Shown here in pieces: positions 1 to 9,030 of a DNA stretch of 64,000 nucleotides. Under the pieces are notes generated by a model, which was not told the origin of the DNA, searched no databases, and was given only the letters and a program-made list of their open reading frames with translations. The stretch's first letter is position 1, and every line of letters begins with the position of its first letter. This stretch comes from Thermoplasmatota archaeon (lineage in GTDB: Archaea; Thermoplasmatota; E2; DHVEG-1), in NCBI GenBank assembly GCA_029939595.1, contig JAOZSQ010000002.1, forward strand, positions 2,761 through 66,760, read 5' to 3'. Both the position numbers and the translations under genes were made by a program.

Positions 1-565
1 GTAGGAATTCCTGAAAACGCTCAGATGGCGAATACTTCATATTATCTTTGATGGATCGAATGATATCTTTACCAAGAAGTGATACATCTCGATATATCCA
101 TGCTGCCTCTTTTTGGACTGCGCCATATATGTTTTGCTTGGATAGACTTTTAAAGATCTCAGTAGGTGTTACTCCTGCAGAAGACATAGCGGAAACAAAA
201 TTTAGGGCATATGATAGATTAGCATCTATCTTTTTTCCTCGTGATTTTGCAATACTATTAGGGATCTGTAATGAAATAACATAAGTTAACCCTCCAACAA
301 TCAAGGGGAGGGCGATGAATAAACTTGTCATAATTAAACCAAGTTGTATTTGAAGAAGTGGAATGAAGATAAAAAGCAAGATAGTTACAATCAATGCAGT
401 TGAGACAATACTTAATAGCATATACAAAAGTGAAGATGCCATATAAGCCTCTTGTTTGATATGTAAATGAGCTGAGCGAAGACTAAACTCTAATGCCTTA
501 CTTGGATGTTTTCGGGTAAACGATCCAAACAATTGATATGCTTTCTTTTCTAAAGTTTTTAACAT
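1..565 (-). CDS. FlaJ/TadC-like polytopic membrane protein (type II secretion system F-domain), N-terminal part; the gene runs off the window start
   Basis: My manual minus-strand translation from the ATG at 565 has no stop down to position 1 (MLKTLEKKAYQLFGSF...LSYALNFVSAMSSAGVTPTEIFKSL...). It contains a hydrophobic TM block and a T2SS-F-like motif. It lies directly downstream of two secretion ATPases on the same strand. It is absent from the ORF track because it is truncated. Confidence 0.55.
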   Translation of the reverse strand, partial: MLKTLEKKAYQLFGSFTRKHPSKALEFSLRSAHLHIKQEAYMASSLLYMLLSIVSTALIVTILLFIFIPLLQIQLGLIMTSLFIALPLIVGGLTYVISLQIPNSIAKSRGKKIDANLSYALNFVSAMSSAGVTPTEIFKSLSKQNIYGAVQKEAAWIYRDVSLLGKDIIRSIKDNMKYSPSERFQEFL

Positions 566-587
566 ATATGTTACACCATACCATATT

Positions 588-2348
588 TTATTTATTTTTT
601 TTTAATCGGATAAAGAAATTTTTTTTTCTAGCATGAGAAGATTTTTTCAGTTTTTTTTCAGATGTGATAACATCATAAAGCGAAAAACTATTCTCATTGA
701 TATGAAATGAAGATTGTATCTCAGATGCTTTTTTAAGAAGTGACTGTTTCGGAGGGGAAGAAATCTTTGCAAGACTCTCAGATGGATTTTCAGTATATCC
801 ACTAACGATTTCCCCTATTTGTTTGAAATCACGGATCATATGTTTATGCATCCATTCCAAGATCTTCTGGCGTTGCTTTAATTCAGAACGCATTTCATCT
901 GTGGAAAGATCACGTAGCTCACGGATAGTTTCAAGAATAAAGCTTTTACCTGTATATTTAAACTCATCAGTTGATGAATCCCATTTAAAAACATGATTTG
1001 TAAGAAACTCATTGGTTTCTGAATCAACGGTAATTACCTCAATTATATCTTTACATCGCCGAACAGTTTTTCCATTAAGTTTCACCATTGACTGGATCAT
1101 AACAATATCAAGAGACTGTAACATATTACGAGGTACATTGATAGGTTTTCCTTCAAGCCGATGAATCAATGACTTCATAGAATCAGCATGGACCGTTGAA
1201 TAGGTGGTATGGCCAGTAGCCATAGCCTGAAACAATACATATGCCTCTTTTCCTCGTATTTCACCGACAAGAATGTATTCAGGTCGTTGACGAAGCGCTG
1301 CTTTCATCAGATCAAATAAATCAATTTCACCAATAAGCCTATCATTAAGAACCTCACCAAACCCTGAACGTGTGATACCGGGGATCCAGTTTGGATGAGG
1401 TAGATTAATCTCACGGGTCTCTTCAATACTTACAATTTTTGATTCTTTGGGTATAAATAAACACATTGCGTTAAGAACACTTGTTTTTCCACTTGCAGTC
1501 CCACCAGAAACCAATGCATTGGAACCATGTTCAACAGCAAGCCAAAGATATGCAAAGATCTCAGGTGACATTGTATGATACTCAATAAGATCAACAGGGG
1601 TGATTGGATCAGATCGAAACTTTCGAATTGTAAATGTAGAACCTTTCGTGGTCACCTCACCACTCAAAGTCATCTGAATACGGGAGCCATCTGGCATCGT
1701 TGCATCAAGCATAGGATTGGAAACTGAGATATGTTTACCACATTTCTGTGCAAGTTTTGTAACAAACTGGGTTAAACGATCATCAGAATCAAACAGAACG
1801 TCTGTCTCAATAGATCCAAAATCACGATGATTAATAAAAAGAGATGACTTTGCACCATCACAGCTGACATCCTCAATATGAGGATCCTTCATCAAAGGAT
1901 CAATTTTATCATAACCTAAAAAGAACCTGTTTAAATAATACAATAATTTTTTTTCAAGAAAATCATCAATAGCAATACCAAACACTTTTACAATACCATT
2001 ATACTGATCAATAAGAAACGATGTTGGATTTTCATCCAGTTCATCAAGACGTACAGTAAATCTAGATATCAGTTCATTACGAATAAACAAAAAGACATTT
2101 TGTTCATCTTTTGAGAGATATGGTTCCAAAACTCGATATGTTCTCTGTAAGGTGTCAAGATTTTTAACAACAGAAATATATGTATAAGGTGGATCAATTG
2201 GATAACAAATCAACTCCTCAACATTTTTTAAAATGATGTCGATCTGTTGATTTGTATGGCATACATTACACTGCACGGAGGCATCATCTGGATCTTTTAG
2301 ATATATGCGTGCATTACATTTTTTACATAATATAGTGTATTCATTCAT
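588..2348 (-). CDS. FlaI/PilB/GspE-family secretion ATPase (archaeal type IV pilus/archaellum assembly ATPase) with an N-terminal C4 zinc-ribbon
   Basis: Walker A is GGTASGKTS and Walker B/Asp-box is KIVSIEETREI. A His-box (TVHADS) and family-typical LRQRPEYILVGEIRG are present. The N-terminus has CKKC..x..CNVC. The gene overlaps its upstream paralog by 8 nt. Confidence 0.8.
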   Translation of the reverse strand: MNEYTILCKKCNARIYLKDPDDASVQCNVCHTNQQIDIILKNVEELICYPIDPPYTYISVVKNLDTLQRTYRVLEPYLSKDEQNVFLFIRNELISRFTVRLDELDENPTSFLIDQYNGIVKVFGIAIDDFLEKKLLYYLNRFFLGYDKIDPLMKDPHIEDVSCDGAKSSLFINHRDFGSIETDVLFDSDDRLTQFVTKLAQKCGKHISVSNPMLDATMPDGSRIQMTLSGEVTTKGSTFTIRKFRSDPITPVDLIEYHTMSPEIFAYLWLAVEHGSNALVSGGTASGKTSVLNAMCLFIPKESKIVSIEETREINLPHPNWIPGITRSGFGEVLNDRLIGEIDLFDLMKAALRQRPEYILVGEIRGKEAYVLFQAMATGHTTYSTVHADSMKSLIHRLEGKPINVPRNMLQSLDIVMIQSMVKLNGKTVRRCKDIIEVITVDSETNEFLTNHVFKWDSSTDEFKYTGKSFILETIRELRDLSTDEMRSELKQRQKILEWMHKHMIRDFKQIGEIVSGYTENPSESLAKISSPPKQSLLKKASEIQSSFHINENSFSLYDVITSEKKLKKSSHARKKNFFIRLKKNK

Positions 2349-4467
2349 GTTGTTTCACAAGAATTTTTTGAGCAACATCCTCGGGTTTTTCAAGATAATT
2401 AGCAGTTACCGATGCGACATCTTCAAACAAATAAACCTTCTCATCAACCATCCAAGATAAGACATCAGCACGACGTTTAAGCTCATCAGTCATCTCTTCA
2501 TGTTTCATATTTGTCTTAACACGGATACGCTCGAGAACAAAACTTTTTCCAGTATACGAATAAGTATCCTTAATGGGATCCCAACGGAAGACCTCATTAG
2601 TTAAAATCTCTTTTGTAGTAGGATCAATATCGATGATTTCAATTATCTGTTTACAACGACGAACTCTCTTATCTTTAACACGTGCAATAGTTTGAATACA
2701 GACAATATCAAGAGATTGCAACATAATACGAGGAATGTTGATTGGTTCACCCTCTAAACGATGAATCAAGGATTTAGCTGAATCAGCATGCACCGTTGAA
2801 TAGGTGGTATGGCCAGTAGCCATAGCCTGAAACAATACATATGCTTCTCTTCCTCGTATTTCACCGACTAGGATGTATTCAGGTCTTTGACGAAGCGCTG
2901 CTTTCATCAAATCAAATAAATCTATTTCACCTGTAAGCTTTCCACCAACAACATCACCAAAACCAGATCGAGAAACACCGGGAATCCAGTTAGGGTGAGG
3001 TAGATTAATCTCACGGGTCTCTTCAATACTTACAATTTTTGATTCACGAGGGATAAATAAACTAATTGCATTAAGAACACTTGTTTTACCACTTGCTGTA
3101 CCGCCTGATATAAGAGCACTTGAACCATGTTGCACAGCAAGCCACAAATACGCCATCATCTCAGATGACATTGTATTAAATTGAATAAGATCAGCAGGAC
3201 TAAACGGCTGCTCCTTGAACTTTCGAATTGTAAATGTAGAACCCTTCGTACTAACCTCTGTACTTAGAGTCATCTGAATACGAGAGCCATCTGGCATTGT
3301 TGCATCAAGCATAGGAGTTGAAATTGAGATATGTTTACCACATTTCTGTGCAAGTTTCATTACAAAGCTAGTCAAAACCTCTTCATCAGGGATAGCTACA
3401 TTACTTTGAATGGAGCCATGGATCCGATGATACAAAAATATAGGGACTCCTGCACCATCGCAACTAACATCTTCAATGTTAATATCCTTCATTAATGGAT
3501 CAAGAATACCAAGATTGAGACAATCCTTTTTCAGATGATAAAAAATTTTCTCTTTGGAACAATTAGATACCAAAAGCGAATAATCAGATATAATCTCATT
3601 AACTTGACGAAGTAGAATTGGTTCCTCGCCCAATTCATTCAGTTCATTAGTATCAGAAGGCATAACCTCAAAAGCCTCTTTGATAAAGGACATATGCTTC
3701 TTTTCTTCATCTGTTAGTACTATTTCAATCAAAAAATATCGTTTTTCCTTAGTCTCCTTATTTTTAAGAATGGAAGAAAAAGCAAAAGGTTCAAGAAGTG
3801 GATAACTATCAAATTCTTCCCATTCATCTATATTTTTAATACCATCTCTTTTATAAATCAATTGTTTTAAATCTTTTAATTCACTATCTGATAATGTAAA
3901 ATTATCGGTGGAAATAATGGTTTCTAATGGTTGAGACTTAACCTGTTTTTTCTTAGAAGAAGACGATGAAAACAAAGATTTTTTCTTTTTAAGCGATTTC
4001 TTTTTTTCTGTTTTTTGTTGAAGTTTATTCTTTTCTAATGGTTTATTAGATGACATATCAACTGTTTTTTGTTCTTCTGGTTTTTCATTGGATTGTTTCT
4101 GATAATCTAATAAAATTTTTTTATTGGAAATTTTGGGTGATTTTTTTGATTTAGATGAAGATAGGCTGCTAAATAATGGTTTTTTCTTTTTTTCTGTTTT
4201 TTGTTGAAGTTTATTCTTTTCTAATGGTTTATTAGATGACATATCAACTGTTTTTTGTTCTTCTGGTTTTTCATTGGATTGTTTCTGATAATCTAACAAA
4301 GTCTTTTTATTGGAAATTTTGGAAGTTTTTTTTAATAGACCAACAGAGCTAAACAAAGATCTTTTTTTAACTTTCTGTGCCGCCCTTTTTCTATTTACAC
4401 TTCCACTCTTCTTATTTAATCTTAACTTTAACTTTGTTTTCCTTTTTTGTTTCTTTTCATGAGTCAA
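2341..4467 (-). CDS. Second FlaI/PilB-family secretion ATPase paralog carrying a ~190-aa N-terminal K/S/Q-rich low-complexity extension
   Basis: The same Walker A (GGTASGKTS), IVSIEETREINLPHPNWIPG and TVHADS motifs are present as in the adjacent gene. The N-terminal 190 aa is lysine/serine-rich and contains an internal duplication. Confidence 0.8.
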   Translation of the reverse strand: MTHEKKQKRKTKLKLRLNKKSGSVNRKRAAQKVKKRSLFSSVGLLKKTSKISNKKTLLDYQKQSNEKPEEQKTVDMSSNKPLEKNKLQQKTEKKKKPLFSSLSSSKSKKSPKISNKKILLDYQKQSNEKPEEQKTVDMSSNKPLEKNKLQQKTEKKKSLKKKKSLFSSSSSKKKQVKSQPLETIISTDNFTLSDSELKDLKQLIYKRDGIKNIDEWEEFDSYPLLEPFAFSSILKNKETKEKRYFLIEIVLTDEEKKHMSFIKEAFEVMPSDTNELNELGEEPILLRQVNEIISDYSLLVSNCSKEKIFYHLKKDCLNLGILDPLMKDINIEDVSCDGAGVPIFLYHRIHGSIQSNVAIPDEEVLTSFVMKLAQKCGKHISISTPMLDATMPDGSRIQMTLSTEVSTKGSTFTIRKFKEQPFSPADLIQFNTMSSEMMAYLWLAVQHGSSALISGGTASGKTSVLNAISLFIPRESKIVSIEETREINLPHPNWIPGVSRSGFGDVVGGKLTGEIDLFDLMKAALRQRPEYILVGEIRGREAYVLFQAMATGHTTYSTVHADSAKSLIHRLEGEPINIPRIMLQSLDIVCIQTIARVKDKRVRRCKQIIEIIDIDPTTKEILTNEVFRWDPIKDTYSYTGKSFVLERIRVKTNMKHEEMTDELKRRADVLSWMVDEKVYLFEDVASVTANYLEKPEDVAQKILVKQHE
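3998..4296. repeat. Two copies of a ~115-bp near-identical direct repeat (period ~185 bp) inside the 5' coding extension of the 2341..4467 ATPase
   Basis: The sequence aagtttattcttttctaatggtttattagatgacatatcaactgttttttgttcttctggtttttcattggattgtttctgataatctaa occurs at about 4021-4110 and again at about 4206-4295. It encodes the duplicated peptide KKILLDYQKQSNEKPEEQKTVDMSSNKPLEKNKLQQKTEKKK. Confidence 0.8.
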
Positions 4468-4731
4468 ATCGATTCACCATCCACATCTCAAAGACCAAAT
4501 ATTTCATACTACTCATGACATACACATATGACAATAGAGAAATCAGTTACAACAATTATGCATTACAAATATAGAACATAACTTGAATTCCTGTGTGCAT
4601 TCCATCCTTTCCAAAAAAATATATAATATATCAATTTAAATATCTTTCCTATTTAGTTATTTAAAACATAGTCAAAATTCAAGCATAACTTATTTAATTG
4701 TGATTTAGTTGTCAGAAAAAAAACATAATTT

Positions 4732-4805
4732 GGGCCTATGAGGTAGCTTGGATATCCTACTGGCCTTCGGAGCCAGTTACTGGGGTTCGAATCCCCATAG
4801 GTCCG
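4732..4805 (+). tRNA. tRNA-Arg, anticodon TCG
   Basis: A cloverleaf can be drawn by hand. The 7-bp acceptor is GGGCCTA/TAGGTCC with one G-U pair. The anticodon stem is CTGGC/GCCAG with loop CTTCGGA, giving anticodon TCG. The T arm is TGGGG-TTCGAAT-CCCCA and the discriminator is G. CCA is not encoded. Confidence 0.8.
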
Positions 4806-4952
4806 TAACTATTTATTTCCGTTGGCAATCGATTTGAACAAAAAATTTTTCATTTGTAAATCACATTTATAATCTTGAAGCATCTTTTAAGAAATTAATA
4901 CGGGTTAGAAATGGTGACTATTCTTTGTTTATACCTTGTAATTACTGAATAA

Positions 4953-5651
4953 TTATTTTGCAATCATTGCACGTAACCAATCTGTAACATTTTCTGCATG
5001 ATCTGCAATATCATCAACCATTTCAAGGATTTTAAGCAGATGATAAGTATCCATTGGTTCTAATTTACTTTCCATTTTATAAATTGCTTTTGTAACATCA
5101 TATTTTATCTTATCTGTTTCTTGCTCTAATCTTTGTACTTCGTAGATATATTGTTTAGTCTGATCTCTTTCTCTTTTTATAAAACTAGTTTCAATAAGAT
5201 CCATGATATTACCTACTGCTTTCTCCATTGCATCTACTGTTTTTAATGTGCTATTAGCATGATCAATGAAACCTTTTTGAAGTGTTTTTGGAATTTTTGT
5301 ATGTCTCATGTCAAGCATGCGGACAAGACCATCTGCATGGTCTAAAATTGAATCTTGCTCTCGCAAGGTTCGCAAAAATTTTCCTTTGTCAACTGGCATA
5401 AATAAAGAATTTGGTAAATGGTTTCTTAAATTACTTTTAATAATATCTCCTTCATGTTCATATTCTGATATTTTTTTTGATATAGTTGAAAATCCTTTAT
5501 AGTCACCTTGATAATATTTTATCAATCCACTTTCAAGTGCATCAATTCCTTTTTTTACTACTTTCATATGTTCAAATAGCTGGGTAAAAGGAGTTTTTCT
5601 CCTAAATGTATCTGCTAGTGGAACACGAAAATGATCTTGTTCTTTTTCCAT
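4953..5651 (-). CDS. DUF47/PhoU-like phosphate transport regulator-related protein (TIGR00153 family)
   Basis: The 232-aa protein is helical with PhoU-like composition. It sits 16 bp downstream of a PiT permease on the same strand, which is the usual pairing. Confidence 0.65.
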   Translation of the reverse strand: MEKEQDHFRVPLADTFRRKTPFTQLFEHMKVVKKGIDALESGLIKYYQGDYKGFSTISKKISEYEHEGDIIKSNLRNHLPNSLFMPVDKGKFLRTLREQDSILDHADGLVRMLDMRHTKIPKTLQKGFIDHANSTLKTVDAMEKAVGNIMDLIETSFIKRERDQTKQYIYEVQRLEQETDKIKYDVTKAIYKMESKLEPMDTYHLLKILEMVDDIADHAENVTDWLRAMIAK

Positions 5652-5667
5652 TTTTTTCTCTCCATAT

Positions 5668-6909
5668 TTAAAATATCATGTTTAAAGCTAAAAATATTAC
5701 TATTGAGGTTCCAGCAGCAATTGGTAGTGTTAATAACCATGAGGCAACAATTTTTTTGATAATGCCTAGATCTATTGCTTCTAGACCTCTTGCAAGTCCA
5801 ACTCCAATAACTGCTCCTACAACAGTATGTGATGTGGATATTGGTAAACCAAGTTTTGATGCTACAAGAACAGTTGTTGCAGCACCAAAATCAACTGAGA
5901 ATCCACGAGTATTTGTAAGACTTGTTATCCTGCTTCCCACTGTTTTCATCACTCTTTTTCCCCAGGTCATACATCCAATTCCAATTCCAATTCCTCCAAG
6001 GGTTAAAAGCCAGATTGGAACTTCAACTTGAGATCCAATTGAGAGTCCTTGTGCAAGGGGAATGATTGATGCAACAGGTCCAATTGCATTTGCTACATCA
6101 TTAGCACCATGTGCAAATGCTACATAACATGAGGTTCCTACCTGTAATTTTCTAAAGATTTTCTCAACAGTATCGTAATCCTCAGGTCCTCTTTCAGGTA
6201 TTTTTCTTAAAAGAATAATTCCAATGAGTGCAACAATTAGAGCTGCAAGGACTGCATAAAGTAAACCTGCTGATTCTGAAATGCCGTAGTTTTCACCAAA
6301 TGCAGTTTTAACAAATAATGACGATACAATAAGAAGAGCTGTAAAACCAAAAATGATTGGACCTACTATTTTTGCTGCTTTCACAGGGTTATCTTTTGAA
6401 AAAATTGTTATTGTAATGATTTTGAAGACTAAAAAAGCTAGTATGCAACCACTTAAAGGAGAAAGAATCCAACTTGCTACTACAGATCCAACTTTTCCCC
6501 ATATGACTGTTTGAACACCACCGGCGATAAGACCAAATCCAATTAAAGCACCAATTATAGAATGTGTTGTTGAGATGGGCATTTCCTTCCATGTTGACAG
6601 TGTTACCCAAAAAGCAGCAGCCAGAAGACTTGCGATAAATCCAATTAGTAAAATATGATTGCTGATACCTGCGGATTGTACATCTACAATTCCTTTTCTT
6701 ACGGTATCAGTAACATGACCACCGACAAAAACTGCACCCACTAGATTTAATACACCTGCAATTAGAACAGCTTGTTTAAAGGTGATTGCTTTTGCACCAA
6801 CTGCTGTTGCCATGGAGTTAGCTACATCATTAGATCCGATACTCCATGCCATGTAAAAAGCAATCGCAGCTGAACCACCAATGATGAGCATTAACGAATA
6901 ATCTACCAA
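5668..6909 (-). CDS. Inorganic phosphate transporter, PiT (PHO4) family
   Basis: The duplicated signature GSNDVANSMATAVG / GANDVANAIGP is present. The protein is a polytopic membrane protein of 413 aa. Confidence 0.85.
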   Translation of the reverse strand: MVDYSLMLIIGGSAAIAFYMAWSIGSNDVANSMATAVGAKAITFKQAVLIAGVLNLVGAVFVGGHVTDTVRKGIVDVQSAGISNHILLIGFIASLLAAAFWVTLSTWKEMPISTTHSIIGALIGFGLIAGGVQTVIWGKVGSVVASWILSPLSGCILAFLVFKIITITIFSKDNPVKAAKIVGPIIFGFTALLIVSSLFVKTAFGENYGISESAGLLYAVLAALIVALIGIILLRKIPERGPEDYDTVEKIFRKLQVGTSCYVAFAHGANDVANAIGPVASIIPLAQGLSIGSQVEVPIWLLTLGGIGIGIGCMTWGKRVMKTVGSRITSLTNTRGFSVDFGAATTVLVASKLGLPISTSHTVVGAVIGVGLARGLEAIDLGIIKKIVASWLLTLPIAAGTSIVIFLALNMIF

Positions 6910-7214
6910 GGTTTTCCTCCAAAGTCAATCCTTAGCATTGGTAAACAAAGAACAATATTTAAAATTATCACACATATAAACAAAATAATTTTTGTGATTC
7001 ACATGTATAAACGAAGTTGTATTGCATGCTTGAAAAATGACAAAATGACACAAAAGATTTAAATAAGTTAAATGTGAAAGTATAACAGCGAGGATCCTGG
7101 GAAAAAACCTTTTTTCCTTCCATCTTCACTATCCTACCAGGCTCCTCCCATCTCTCTCTAAACTTTTATCATCTAATGAAAATTATTAGTAGAAAAAAGA
7201 ATGGAAAAGAGATA

Positions 7215-7589
7215 TTAAGAATATGTTCCACGTAATTTTCTTCGATCAATCTTAACATCACTAGGTGAAACAATCATTAAATTATTTCCAATACCTGCAA
7301 TATCGCCATTAATTTCCTTAACTATTTCTTTTAAATCATTTGTCACTCTTTTCAATATGACTTCTTCTTCGGCTATTTGTGAAAAATCTAATAGAAGAAC
7401 ATTTCCTCCATAGACATAATCTGTGAAGTTTTTTAGATCCTCATAGCGTTGAATTTCACCGACTCTAACATGCATCTTTGCAGGAACATTTTGACTTGTG
7501 CTTTCCATATATTTTTCCAAATCAATGTAACCACCTACATCGCCAGGACGTTTCTCACCGAAAATTTTGTTAACAAATCCCATATTCAA
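7215..7589 (-). CDS. sepF: SepF-like cell-division protein (DUF552)
   Basis: The protein is 124 aa. The C-terminal core LLLDFSQIAEEE...NGDIAGIGNNLMIVSPSDVKI matches the SepF fold signature. Size is typical of archaeal SepF. Confidence 0.55.
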   Translation of the reverse strand: MNMGFVNKIFGEKRPGDVGGYIDLEKYMESTSQNVPAKMHVRVGEIQRYEDLKNFTDYVYGGNVLLLDFSQIAEEEVILKRVTNDLKEIVKEINGDIAGIGNNLMIVSPSDVKIDRRKLRGTYS

Positions 7590-7691
7590 CTCACACTCCA
7601 GAATAAATCCAGATATATGAATACATGATGTACCTTATAAACGTTTTTCTTAGATATTACTCTGAAAAATAAAAATATAAAAAAAGTATAA

Positions 7692-8045
7692 TTAATCGAC
7701 AATCGTAAAATCCTTTGCAAATCCATAAACATATGATATCATACCAAAAGGACCTGGTGTATAAGTCAAGAAAAATGGTGTTTTTGTTAAAGAAATCTCT
7801 GTAAGACCTCTAACAATCCCTGCTTTTTTAATAAGTAAACCTGATTGAAAATAAAAAAGATAGAGGGCATTTGCTGTGAGAGTATCATTTGTTTCATGAG
7901 GATTTATAATAGTACCAATAATAAGTGTGCTATCAAAAATACCTGACTGTGAAATGGGGGCCTCATCAGTTGATTCTGATTGTACAATAACTGTTGAGAG
8001 AAATACAAGCATACACACTATTCCAAATGAAATTTCTTTTCTCAT
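7692..8045 (-). CDS. Small secreted hypothetical protein
   Basis: N-terminal signal peptide (MRKEISFGIVCMLVFLSTVIV). No recognisable domain. Confidence 0.4.
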   Translation of the reverse strand: MRKEISFGIVCMLVFLSTVIVQSESTDEAPISQSGIFDSTLIIGTIINPHETNDTLTANALYLFYFQSGLLIKKAGIVRGLTEISLTKTPFFLTYTPGPFGMISYVYGFAKDFTIVD

Positions 8046-8123
8046 GAGATATTCCTCAAATATAATATATTAATTATAATATCATAGATTATAAATGTTT
8101 TCATGTGGTTCAATGGATATTGA

Positions 8124-8645
8124 TTAAATTAATGATATCATATTCCAAAGAGGGTCTCCAATATAATGAACCATGAACACTGCTTTCCCCTTAGAACTAG
8201 TTATCATCTCTGACCCCTCCATCACAGCAATCCCAACGGCAAGAGCTTTCTTATGTGTCTCATCACATATCCAAACTACATCATCAACAGAGATATTTTT
8301 ATCTGCATCAACAATGCCTGGAGCCATTACATCAGCACCATTTGTAACAAATTTAACGGCACCCATATCAACAGTTACAAAACGATTAGATGGGTTAAAA
8401 TGCATCAGCCCCTTTATTGTATAAAAAAGTTGATTATCTTTTCTAAAAAAACAAGGAACGCCATCAAGGAAAATAAGCTCAAAATCATCGATTACACCTG
8501 TTTCAGCTGAACTGAAAGATGATTCTATGTTTATATTTAGATTTCTATAAATCTCATTGAAAAGCTTTTGTATATCTTTATTTTTCAAACGATGTTTATT
8601 TTTGATTTTAACCATATTGCTCTTCAAACAAATGTTATAAAACAT
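8124..8645 (-). CDS. PUA-domain RNA-binding protein (Tma20/MCT-1-like archaeal family)
   Basis: The 173-aa protein has C-terminal PUA-like motifs GADVMAPGIV and AVGIAVMEG. Confidence 0.45.
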   Translation of the reverse strand: MFYNICLKSNMVKIKNKHRLKNKDIQKLFNEIYRNLNINIESSFSSAETGVIDDFELIFLDGVPCFFRKDNQLFYTIKGLMHFNPSNRFVTVDMGAVKFVTNGADVMAPGIVDADKNISVDDVVWICDETHKKALAVGIAVMEGSEMITSSKGKAVFMVHYIGDPLWNMISLI

Positions 8646-8730
8646 CAGGTTCTTAATGATTTACAATAAATGATACGTTTCATGATGAATCATCTCATTG
8701 ATTAATTTAAAAAAAAACGAACCCAAAACC

Positions 8731-8738
8731 CTTATAAA
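8731..8738 (+). promoter_or_regulatory. Candidate TATA box (cttataaa) for the Sm-rpl37e operon
   Basis: A TATA-like octamer lies about 38 bp upstream of ATG 8773, consistent with an archaeal promoter and a short leader. This rests on sequence pattern only. Confidence 0.3.
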
Positions 8739-8772
8739 CAAAAGACTTATTCGCACTCAGAAGTGAAGTATC

Positions 8773-8991
8773 ATGGAAAAACCCTTAAAGATTTTACATG
8801 GATCATTAAACAACCGAGTTATTGTTGAACTACGATCTGGACGTTCATACAATGGAACACTTGATGGATATGATGTTCCTCATATGAATCTAGTACTAAA
8901 AAATGCAGAAGAAATACTCAGAGGAGAATCAAAAGGGAAACATAATACCATTATTCTTCGAGGGGACAATATTATATATGTCTCACCTTAA
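8773..8991 (+). CDS. Sm-like archaeal protein (SmAP/LSm)
   Basis: The 72-aa protein has Sm1/Sm2 motifs (VIVELRSGRSYNGTLDGYDVPHMNLVLKNAEE...IILRGDNIIYVSP). Confidence 0.8.
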   Translation: MEKPLKILHGSLNNRVIVELRSGRSYNGTLDGYDVPHMNLVLKNAEEILRGESKGKHNTIILRGDNIIYVSP

Positions 8992-9030
8992 TACGGATAA
9001 AAAATATTACAATTAGGAGTAACGTGATCT

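Noticed and set aside
48-284. 78-aa plus-strand ORF at the window start
   Set aside because: It lies antisense to and entirely inside the open minus-strand FlaJ/TadC-like reading frame (1..565), which has clear membrane-protein character. It is most likely a spurious antisense ORF.
3998-4296. Direct repeats considered as a possible CRISPR or minisatellite
   Set aside because: There are only two copies. They are in-frame within a coding region, and the 185-bp period and 115-bp unit are unlike CRISPR repeat/spacer architecture. They are interpreted as a coding tandem duplication.
5678-6031. Numerous short ORFs in the track that are antisense to or embedded in long well-supported genes (examples: 5678..6031 in pit; 18163..18354 and 18368..18628 in the giant beta-helix gene; 22422..22916 in the MMPL gene; 47743..47982 in the 1234-aa gene; 62127..62677 in the DUF362 gene)
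   Set aside because: They have no independent motifs and low-complexity translations typical of AT-rich antisense frames. Each is fully overlapped by a gene with strong domain evidence.
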